This document shows positions 36,659 to 46,092 of a stretch of 64,000 nt of DNA, in pieces. The translations under genes and the position numbers were made by a program. Location of the stretch: assembly GCF_009914755.1 (NCBI RefSeq), contig NC_060936.1. One strand, written 5' to 3'. The notes beneath the pieces were generated by a model. The model did not search any database. It was given only the letters and a program-made list of their open reading frames with translations, and had not been told where the DNA came from. This DNA comes from the human T2T-CHM13v2.0 reference genome, Homo sapiens. The first letter of the stretch is position 1. Each line of letters starts with the position of its first letter.

Positions 36659-37204
36659 TGTTACCTGGGATGAATGCCTATGGAACATAGCTGAATTTCT
36701 ACCCTGCGCTAACTCTGCTTATCTTTAGGAAACAGGACTCCCAGGATAAAAAGTTCCCTTTCTAACCAGACCAGCTGAGACTGGTTGAAACCAAGATAGC
36801 TGACCGAGAAACTTCAAAAAGACCTTCAGCCTTATTATCATCTCATTTCCATGCTCAGTGACACGCCCACAGTGCCATGATGGTTGGAAATCACCATGAC
36901 GATGACTGGAGGAAGGAAGGTCGCGCTCCGGTTCCAGGAAGCTCACTGCCCGCTCCCGGAAAAGACATGAATATTCCTCCCCTTGCTTGGTGTGTCCAAC
37001 CCTTTCATGAGACAGTCAGTGTGTGTCAGCCTCCCCACCCCTCCCAGGCTGAGTGGATTTGTGAGCCGCACTCCCACTTCTCAATGCCAGGGCCACGGAA
37101 TGAAGCCTGCACTGCGGACACTCACTTTCGGTTTCATGTATTGGCTTCGTGACACCCCACAGCGAAAGACCCTCTGTTCTGGGGGAATGACTGTGTTGGT
37201 GACA
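36659..37204 (+). mobile_element. ERV1-class solo LTR (MER41/66/67-like; family not assigned)
   Basis: TG...CA termini (TGTTACC...GGTGACA), flanks ATAC/AAAC, internal CCCGGAAAAGACATGAATATTCCTCCCCTTG; it splits a contiguous L1. Confidence 0.7.
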
Positions 37205-37330
37205 AAACCATGCTTTCTGGATCACTGTGGTATTACGGCAGGGCTTGAAGTCAGGTATGTGGGTTCTCCAACTCTGTTCTTTTTTCTTCCTCATGGTGTT
37301 GGCTGTCCGAGGACTTTCGCCTTTCCATAT

Positions 37331-37910
37331 GAACTTTAGACTCAGGTGGCATCGCCTGCAGAATGCCTTGCTGGGATTGGCCGGGATTGAACGTTAGACT
37401 CAGGTGGCATCACCTGCAGAATGCCTTGCTGGGATTGGCCGGGATTGAACGTTAGACTCAGGTGGCATCACCTGCAGAATGCCTTGCTGGGACTGGCTGG
37501 GATTGAACGTTAGACTCAGGTGGCATCGCCTGCAGAATGCCTTGCGGGGATTGGCTGGGATTGAACGTTAGACTCAGGTGGCATCGCCTGCAGAATGCCT
37601 TGCGGGGATTGGCCGGGATTGAACGTTAGACTCAGGTGGCATCGCCTGCAGAATGCTTTGCTGGGATTGGCTGGGATTGAACGTTAGACTCAGGTGGCAT
37701 CGCCTGCAGAATGCCTTGCTGGGATTGGCCGGGATTGAACGTTAGACTCAGGTGGCATCGCCTGCAGAATGCCTTGCTGGGATTGGCCGGGATTGAACGT
37801 TAGACTCAGGTGGCATCACCTGCAGAATGCCTTGCTGGGATTGGCTGGGATTGAACGTTAGACTCAGGTGGCATCGCCTGCAGAATGCCTTGCGGGGATT
37901 GGCTGGGATT
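37331..37910. repeat. 58-bp VNTR, exactly 10 units
   Basis: Unit GAACGTTAGACTCAGGTGGCATCRCCTGCAGAATGCCTTGCKGGGATTGGCYGGGATT, starting at 37331, 37389 ... 37853. Confidence 0.98.
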
Positions 37911-38321
37911 GCAGCGAATCACCTCTTGGCTCTAATAGCCAAAATTCATAGCTGTGCAGAACTCTCTTTGAAAAAATGGCCAATGATTACATAAGAGTGA
38001 ATCCAATTCCCATTAACAAATCTTAATATAATACATCCAACAAAGCTACGTGTAGAAACTAAGTGACATCAAACATATGCTTGTCGTAATCACGTGTGTT
38101 GAAAACTGTGTTGAAAAGTGCACCAGGTGCCAGTAGGGGCCAAGGGACCTAGGCCCCTTGCCAAGGTCAGCGCATGCTGACCTGCGCTGGTGGTCGGGTG
38201 GAGGGCTCCATTTGCAAACAGGCGACAGTTGGCTGCCAATCTTGTTGATCATTTATTTGCTGATCAAAAAGGAATTCTGTCAGTACTGTGCACCCTAACA
38301 CAATATTTGGACCTTCATACA

Positions 38322-38685
38322 TGTATTAGTCGGTTTTCCTGCTGCTAATAAAGACATACCCAAGACTGGGTAATTTATAAAGGAAAGAGGTTTAATGGAC
38401 TCACAGTTCCGCATGGCTGGGGAGGCCTCACAATCATGGTGAATGGCAAAGGAGGAGCAAAGTTGCATCTTACATGGCAGCAAGCAAGAGGCCTTGTGCA
38501 GGGGAACTCCCATTTATAAAACCATTAGATCTCATGAGACTTACTCACTATCACGAGAACGGCATGGGAAATGTCTGCCTCCATGATTCAATTACTTCCC
38601 ACCAGGTCCCTCCCACAACACATGGGAATTATGGGAGCTACAATTCAAGATGAGATTTGGGTGGGGACTCAGCCAAACCATATCG
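38322..38685 (-). mobile_element. THE1C-like MaLR solo LTR
   Basis: TGTATTAGTCGGTTTTC...CAGCCAAACCATATCG; perfect 5-bp TSD ATACA (38317-38321 / 38686-38690). Confidence 0.93.
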
Positions 38686-38869
38686 ATACATAAGCATTTT
38701 ACTGGGCTTTGGCTGTATTAAGGGATTGATTGGAGATTTTAAGATCATACATTATAATTTTTCCCATTTAAAATAATGCAAAATGTGTTCTTCATTGATG
38801 CTTCCAAGCACAGATTCTGACATTTTGCAACAGGATTCCAATGTTAAGAGAAAGCTCCGTGTCACTTAC

Positions 38870-39033
38870 TGGTTCTGATGGGTCAGACCTGGACTCGGGG
38901 AATGGAGGGGCTGGGTTCCTCCTAAACCACAGGGACTGAGGTGGGGTACGAGTGACTACCCAAAAGAACACTGGGGTTCATTTAGCAACAGGATGGGAAA
39001 TGGATACTGAAAAGCAAAATAACAAATTTTACA
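38870..39033 (-). mobile_element. MLT1K/L-like fragment
   Basis: AAACCACAGGGACTGAG...CCCAAAAGAAC...GGAAATGGATACTG. Confidence 0.4.
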
Positions 39034-40329
39034 AAAATGTTTTCTGTCCAAGAATTAAATATGTGACACATCAATGTGTTCAATGTCCTTACATATTATG
39101 CGTAAGACATCTGGGCACAGATAGGAAGGCAGGACAGGTCTGAGCACCTCCCGCCACCTCTCCCCTCCCGGCTCAGGAAAGCTGCTCACAGCTGCAGCCA
39201 GCCCGGCCCCCCGCCCTCACCTGCTCCCCCTGCTGTCTCCAGAGACCCTGGGCTTTCTCCCCCTCCACCTGTTTCCTCTCCTTGGGCTGCCTCTCCCAGG
39301 CTAAACATGCCCGGGGCACATCAGTGTTGAAAAGAGCTGTTTCTCTGCTGTCCTCACCCCTAAGCTACAGGCTACACCTTGTTTCCCACCCACGGAGAAT
39401 CTTCTAGGGAAATTAGTGCACAGGATAAGCTTTTAACAGATTATCAGAAACGTTTTCATCCTAGTGTTTCCTGTGACCATGTGGCCCGCCCATCCAGGAT
39501 GGTCTGCATCCAGGGAAAGATGGGGAAGAGGGGAGGGAAGGCCCAGTGGGGGCCTCCCCACCCACAGGCCCCTCCTCCTCCTGATGGAGCAGCCCCATCT
39601 GCTACAAGCACTCCCCAGGGGTGTGGGGGTCATACTTAGAGCAGCAATCATTCCTGTTTATCTGAAATTCAAATCTGCCTGGCATCAGGTACATTCATTT
39701 ACTAACCTGCAGCTCCACCTGGAATGATTTGGGACAGCCCTTCCCATCTCCCTGGGAAGGATCAGTGGTGTTTGGACAGGCACTTTGCACCCTGGGTGCC
39801 TGTGAGGTGGGTTCCCCTTCAAGAAGAGGCCTAACCAGTGCTCCTGCTCCCTGGGTCGGGTCTCCTCACAGCCCAGGGTCTGGGTGGTCTGCAGGGCAGG
39901 CTGTTCTCTGTTCCTCCAGCAAGGATGACCACTGCAGGTGGGGCTGCAGGGAGGCCAGGTGCTACCAGGTAGAGGCCAGAGCTGGGTCGCTCAGTTCGCT
40001 CTGCTCTTGTCCTCAGACCCCGATGCCAGCTCTAGAAAGAGGGGCCCTTTTGCCTTGGCCTCTCCATGGGGCACAGGCCTCCCTCCCCACCCCACCACGG
40101 CAGTGGGGGCATGAGCTCCAGGGACACCTGCTTCCCTCACAGCCCTGCCCTGAGGACGCTGATTTGCCTTCTTGCCACAGGTCCAGAAAAGTCTGGATTT
40201 GATCCTGGCACCGAGGAGGGTCTCTGTGAGCTTGGACTCCTCTCCTGACAGGGGGAAGGGCAGGGCCAGTGCATCTCACAGCCATGGCAGGCTGATGGGA
40301 CTGTCACACAGCTTTTTGGCCTTGAACTC

Positions 40330-40432
40330 AGGGCTTAATGTTATCATATCACTTAATACTCCCAGGGACCTGGGTGAGGTACAGTCCCATTCCCATTTGA
40401 CAGAGAGGAGGCTGGGGTGCACTGAGAGGTAA
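40330..40432 (-). mobile_element. MIR fragment
   Basis: GAGGTACAGTCCCATTCCCATTTGACAGAGAGGAGGCTG. Confidence 0.55.
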
Positions 40433-40433
40433 T

Positions 40434-40633
40434 CAGTGTGCTGGCGACATTTAACAGCCAGCTCTCCAGAAACATAAATCACCCTGATTTGTGGAGATTG
40501 CCAGGTTCCCAGGCACAAATATTCCCAGCACATCCAATTTCAAGTGCTAGCAGTTTAACAACTGGCTCATAAAACCCCTGAAAATGTGAGAGTCGGCTCC
40601 CACAAGCTGCTGTGGGACAGCCCCAGCTCCCTG
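40434..40633 (-). mobile_element. MER63A-like hAT-Blackjack MITE
   Basis: CAGTGTGCTGGCGACATTTAACAGCCAGCTCTCC...CCCTGATTTGT...TTTAACAACTGGCTCATAAAA...CCTGAAAAT. Confidence 0.7.
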
Positions 40634-41529
40634 ATAACCTTCTAGGACCTGCCCTAGTTGGGGAGGAGACGGATCCAGACCCCAGGGGCCTGGACACCAG
40701 GGGGGCTCCACTCAGATCCTCTGGCCCTCACCATTCCCAGGACCCCCTCTTGGGCTTCTGTGTTCTTCTCTCTCCAGGGCTGGCTCCTGACACTCCTCTT
40801 TAAACAACTGTCCTTAGGCCACTGAGCCCGACCAGCCCCACTGCAGTGAGCCGAAGTGGCCTGGGGGCCAGCCATGCTGAAGCTGCCTCCTCCCAGCTTG
40901 TGGGATATGATTTTGGTGTTTACAGTTTTCAGGAATTATATAAACCAGGTATGACACAGGCTGAACATCAGTCATGGTGAAATTATTCACATCCCAGGAA
41001 CCTGGCAGGGGCTGTGCTGCTGCTGCCCCTGGGAGTGAGTTGTCCCACACTCAGCAGCTCGCCCTGTCTCATCCTCCCCACCTAGCGAGGCTTTGACCAG
41101 TGACGGGGGTGTGGGAACCTCCAACAGGGCGGCTGAGGCTGGGTTCACGCTCCAGGGCGCCCCTGCAGGACCACAAGGAAGCCATTGCAGTCAGGAGACC
41201 TGGCGCTCAAAGCTTCGCTTATCCTGACCCTGTGCCTCTCCCGGCTCCCAGGCCCTCCCTTCACGCGTCACCTGTTCCCAAGTCCTCATCCCAGGATCTG
41301 CTTCCGGGGACCAGGCCTGATAGGCTTCAAAGCTCTGCTCTTAACCAGCACCGCAGCTGGAGGAAAAGCAGGAGGCATTTGGCTGTTGATGATCATGACA
41401 TTTTCATTATTCTGTGTGGTTTGGGTTTATTTTACCCAAGGAGCACAGTCCACAGAAAATAGAACATTTCAGGAATACCAACCAAGCTAAGTAACATGTT
41501 CACATGATATTTATTAAAACTGTGATGAA

Positions 41530-42560
41530 ACCGGCTCCACAAACCATTGATAGAAGATGGGCTGTGTAAAACCGGTACTGGGAAAACGGGTTGTCTGTGT
41601 GGAGGAAAGTAAGACTGAATCGCTAACCAATACTGCAAACAAAGATGGAGTCTAGATGGATTAAAAACCTGAATATGAAAAGAGAGAAAATACGAAAACA
41701 TATAGAGTCTTTGGGAACTTGTGCCTGGGAACAATTTTTTAAACACATTTGGAAAGCATAAACCATAGAAAAATGATTAGTTTTGTCACATCAAAACAAA
41801 GGATGCCTGCTTAATGAAGAAGACCATGAACAAAATCATTAGACGACTGGCAAAATGGGAAAAGAGATTTGCAAAGTTTAAAACTGGAACGTGATCAATG
41901 TGTCAAATATACAATGTAACTTTGTAAATCAACAAGGAAACAAGGAGAAATCCCAAAGAATGGACAGAGCGATGTGAGCAGGCAACACCCAGGAGAGGAA
42001 ATCCCAACAGGCCAAGATGCCACACCCAGGCTGTCTCCTGTCACTCCTGGCGGTGATTAGGAAGCTGGCGGCTCCCAGCCTGGGCAGGGACGCAGGGATG
42101 TCCTGCAGGTGGGGGTGGACGGAGGGCCCTGGACCCAGCGGTCCCACCTCAAGTAGACACCCAGGGAGGTGCTGACCCAGGCCCACAGATGACCTCTGAG
42201 GCCCACAGATGACCTCTGAGCCTGTCTGTGGGGGCCGGGAGGGGCACAGGACCTGGGTGGGTGTCCCTGGGAGAACAGAGAGGAAAATGGGGTGGGCGCA
42301 CACGGAGAACCATGCAGCAATGAGACAGCATGAGCTGGTGCACACGGAGCGATATGAGAGCATCTTTAAAACATGATTATTTGTAAAAGTTTACAAATAC
42401 ACAGAATGAAATTAATCACATGAGACCATTGACGTTCATGCCCGGAAACAGCAATGGGCACTCTCCAAGAACACGTCCCAATAAAAAGATCGTCATTACA
42501 CACGGCTCAGTGATTTCCTAACGGCAGGGAGGGGAATGGGAGGAGGAATGGGAAGGAACG
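41530..42560 (+). mobile_element. Old L1ME/MC ORF2 end and 3'UTR, containing a 20-bp tandem duplication at 42179-42220
   Basis: TCTAGATGGATTAAAAACCTGAATATGAAA...GACCCAGCGGTCCCAC...AACCATGCAGCAATGAGA. Confidence 0.7.
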
Positions 42561-42779
42561 AAAATACACCATAAAGCCTGAAGCCTGAGGGAATCCACGC
42601 GCAGAGAGATGAGATGTGATGTGTCACACACTGTGCAGTGGGGTTCATTCACTCCTGACTCTTGAGGGCCAGTCATGAAGTGGGGGAAGAGATGGACGCA
42701 GTGAGGTACGGGCTGTGAGACCCGTGGAGACCTCAAAGGCTGGGTGTCAGGATGTGTGTGTCCTCCCTCCCGTTACAGG

Positions 42780-43336
42780 ACAGTGTGACCACACCCCCTG
42801 CCTGGCTCTGCCCCTCCAGCCTGGCCCCGCCCACGCCTGACCCAGCCCCCTCCAATGTGGCCCCGCCCCTATGGCCTGACCACACCCCGACCACACGTCT
42901 CCACCTTGGCCCCACCCCTGTGGTTTGACCTTGCCCCTCCATCCTGGCTTCCCCCAGTGCTTGACAGCACTCCATGGTTAGAGCATGCCCTTCACCCTGG
43001 CCCCACCCTTCTGTCTGGCTCCTCCCCTCACCCTGGCTCCACCCCTATCTCCACACCCATGGCTTGGCCACCCCTGTCCATCCTATCCCCACCCCCTCTT
43101 TCTAGCCATTTCCTTCTCTGATCCCTCACCTCTACCCTGGCCCTGCCCTTATGGTTTGACCACGCCTCTCCACCCTGACCTCACCCCTGTGGTTTGACCC
43201 CGTGCATCCATCCTGGCCCCACCCCTATGACTTGACCATGCCTTGACCACGCCTCTCCACCCTGACCTCGCCCCTGTAGTTTGACCCCGCCCCTCCATCT
43301 TGGCCCCACCCCTATAACTTGACCACACCCTGACCC
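42780..43336. repeat. Degenerate C-rich repeat built from TGGCCCCRCCCC / TGACCACRCC modules
   Basis: Recurring blocks, e.g. TTGACCACGCCTCTCCACCCTGACCTCRCCCCTGT at about 43156 and 43243. Confidence 0.8.
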
Positions 43337-44079
43337 TCTGTGTGCTCCATGTCACAGATGCTTTTGGCCTGCAGCCCCCGCTTTCCCCACAGCCCCACCT
43401 CCTCAGGAGAGGAGCACTGGCTTCCTTGGCTCAGCATGGTGTCCCCTGTGCAGCTGACACAGAGCTGTGCTGTCTCCAGTGTGGACAAGCCTGCAGGTGG
43501 CCCCAGCTCAGACTCCTAAGTGCTTTCTGGAGCCCGGAAGCAGAGGGAGGACACTGCCAGAATTCTCATTTCACACCTTTATGTTCATCCTGAGATGGGA
43601 ACGGATCCCTTGTTTATGGGGCAGACCCACACACCGTATGTGGACTCTGTCCTAACGCCGGCACAGAGGGCAAACTGCTTGGTCAAAATCGCCCTTAGAA
43701 ATCACCCCAAAACACAATGCTCAGTGGTTCTCCAAAATATATACAGAACAGATGTAAACATATTCAGGAAGCAGAACACAGACTGAAATGAACAGCGGAT
43801 AATAAATGGCGTATGTGTTAAATCTAACTGGGCATATTCGATTTGAACTATTTCTCTCATTTTGTCTTGCAAAATGCATATCTTGGAATTCCTATAACTC
43901 ACATGTGGATATGGTGAGAATCCAAAGTTGCTGAATCATGGAATGGCCAGTCAGAGCCCAGGCTCCCTGAACAGCACTGGGCAGCCTCTGCCTCGCAGGT
44001 GCAGAGTCTCACATCAGCAGAACCAGAAAATCAATTACCATCCACCTCACAGCTCCATAGTGAGGGCCGCTGAGAGCTG

Positions 44080-44216
44080 AGGGGCCTCCTGGGCCAGGCC
44101 CCACTCTAAGCACCTTCCACGCAGGACTCAGTCAGCCCAGCACCCCCAGAAGGTGAGCTGGCTGCTGTCCTCATTTTATAGAGGAAGAAACAGAGACATT
44201 AAAGAACCTGTCCCAG
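44080..44216 (-). mobile_element. MIR interrupted by LTR8 (resumes at about 44937-45000)
   Basis: CTCATTTTATAGAGGAAGAAACAGAGAC...CCTGTCCCAGG. Confidence 0.6.
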
Positions 44217-44936
44217 GTTCTCTTAAAATTATAACTGAGGAAATTATGACTATGAAAGAAATCAGACCTAACCGACTCCATCTTGCTTCTAACCTTTAAG
44301 CTGTCCTTGTTCTTTCCTGGGTGTAAGCTGAACTCACTTTGGGAAGGAATTCAGTTCATGGTTTGACTCTGAAACAAAATTGATAAAGGCCCTTTCCCGA
44401 AAAGGCCCCGTTCTTGCCTGGGGACCAGTCTGCCTTTGCAGGACTAACAAATTAGCTACAAGATTCAAAATTACGGTTTAGGTGTCATGCAGCTTCTGGC
44501 TCCAAGAGTCTGAACCTCCCCAAACTGCTCCTGAGAATAACATCACTGTTGTAAACCTAAAATCAGTGCTTGAGGTGTTTTGTAGACCCTGCACTGGATG
44601 GATCAGCTGCCACCACCCAGACCGGTAATCTGGCCCAATCAGTGCTGCCATCGCAGCCAGGAACAGAAGACAGCAAGAAAATCTCACTTCAACCCCCTGA
44701 TTGCATCTCCAACCTGACCAATCAGCACTCCCCACTTCCCAAGCCTCGACCCACCAAACTATCTTTAAAACCTGTGCTCCCCAAATGCTCGGGAGACTGA
44801 TTTGAGTAATGATAGAACTCTGGTCTGCCGCACAGCGGGCTCTGCGTGAATTACTCTGTCTCCACTGCAATTCCCCTGTCTTGATAAATCAGTTCTGTCT
44901 AGGCAGCAGGCAAGGTGGACCCCTTGGGCGGTTACC
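44217..44936 (+). mobile_element. LTR8 ERV1 solo LTR with damaged termini
   Basis: AAAATTATAACTGAGGAAATTATGAC...GACTCCATCTTGCTTCTAACC...GCAATTCCCCTGTCTTGATAAATC...GGGCGGTTAC; CAGG on both flanks. Confidence 0.9.
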
Positions 44937-45039
44937 CAGGGAACACAGGAGTGGAAGGGGAGCGGGTTGGGGCCTGCATGGTTTGGATTCCTGGTCTGAA
45001 CTGGCTACACTTGTGTTCAGTCCCCCACGAGGTCACCTG

Positions 45040-45105
45040 TGCATGATTCCTCTCGGTAGCCTCAGTGACACACAATTTGTGAGTGAATGAATGAATGAAA
45101 GAACA
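45040..45105 (+). mobile_element. L2 3' tail
   Basis: ATTTGTGAGTGAATGAATGAATGAA. Confidence 0.5.
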
Positions 45106-46075
45106 AACCAACACATGTGGGTCACTGTCCCCAAGTGATGCTCTTTCGGCCAAGCTCAACCCATCCGATCGGGTTGTCAGGGGAACATTCTCTGCTCAAA
45201 GAATCCTCTCCACTCTGCCAAAGACGCCCTGGGCCCGCGGAAGCCACACCCAGGAGCCCCCTTAATGTTCAAAGTGGCTGAGTTTCCCCAGGTCACCAAC
45301 GCCAAGCCTGCGTGGCCGATTTCCCTGGGAGCCTGTGGTGCTCTCTGGGGTCATGGAGCAGGGGCACCTGTGCGGCTCTGCCAGGCCTGGCTTCCCCCCT
45401 GCTTATGAGGGGCTCACTTCAGGGGCACTGAGCCTGTCTACCGGCCCCGTGGCCCTGCCCGGGGGTGCGATGCAGATCCAGGTCCTGAGAAGAGATGGGC
45501 CGGCCTGGGAGACTCTGGGCTGTAATTGTGCCTTCCTGCTGGGAAAGACCCCAGGGCCCTCCAGGTGGCCGACGTCTGCGTCTTCTTTAATTATTTAGTC
45601 CCACGGTCACCTCAAGCCAGCGCTCCTCACCACGGACATATGGGTGGGGCTTGCTGTCGGGTGGGCTGTGCCGCTGTCCCTCCCAGGCACTGGAATTGTG
45701 CTGGCGCTGACAGGAGGAAGCCCAGAGCTGCACGGGGTCAGCAGAACTGTCCTCCAGGAAGCTGACGCTGGATGCAGTGCAGTTGGGGACTGGCTGTGCT
45801 CATCAGAACCACTCAATGTCATGCGGCAAACACGCCCACAGGGTCAGGGCACAGGGGGCTGGATCCACAACACAGTCTTCTGGTGACAGCTCCAGGCCCG
45901 CTGTGGCCACGTGTCCCGGAGGTGCGAAACTGTGGGGAACATTCCTCCCACACTTCTGCCCTTCCCTTCCTCTGCTTAACCCCTGGGCTGACTCCGCCTG
46001 TGGGGGATGCTGCGGCTGGGGGTCTCTGTCCCCACCCTTCCCAGGCCCAGGCTTGTGCTGAGGTCCCAGTGTCCG

Positions 46076-46092
46076 GGCCAGCAGGTGGCAGG
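46076..46092 (+). promoter_or_regulatory. Candidate CTCF site
   Basis: GGCCAGCAGGTGGCAG matches the CCASYAGRKGGCRS core; motif match only. Confidence 0.45.

Larger units (their letters stand above)
36555..37920 (-). mobile_element. Old L1M ORF2 fragment interrupted by an LTR (36659-37204) and internally amplified into a 58-bp VNTR
   Basis: TTGTGGGTCTATTCCTGGGCTC...CATTGATAC | CATGCTTTCTGGATCACTGTGG...CTTGAAGTCAGGTA...CTTTCCATATGAACTTTAG...GGGATTGCAGCGAATC; collinear with the in-window L1 at 52061-52358. Confidence 0.75.

Noticed and set aside
34832-36690. Six overlapping ORFs of 465-572 aa
   Set aside because: The 31-bp unit has no stop codon on either strand, so every frame yields the same 31-aa cycle. 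There is no evidence of coding function.
37331-37910. CRISPR-like array with hairpin-containing repeats
   Set aside because: The units are contiguous with no unique spacers, there are no cas genes, and the DNA is primate and L1-derived.
38408-38428. PRDM9 hotspot motif in the THE1 LTR
   Set aside because: It reads CCTCCCCAGCCAT, not the hot CCTCCCTAGCCAC variant.
45622-45642. REST/NRSE site (CACCACGGACA)
   Set aside because: It lacks the TCAG left half and the GCGCC right end.
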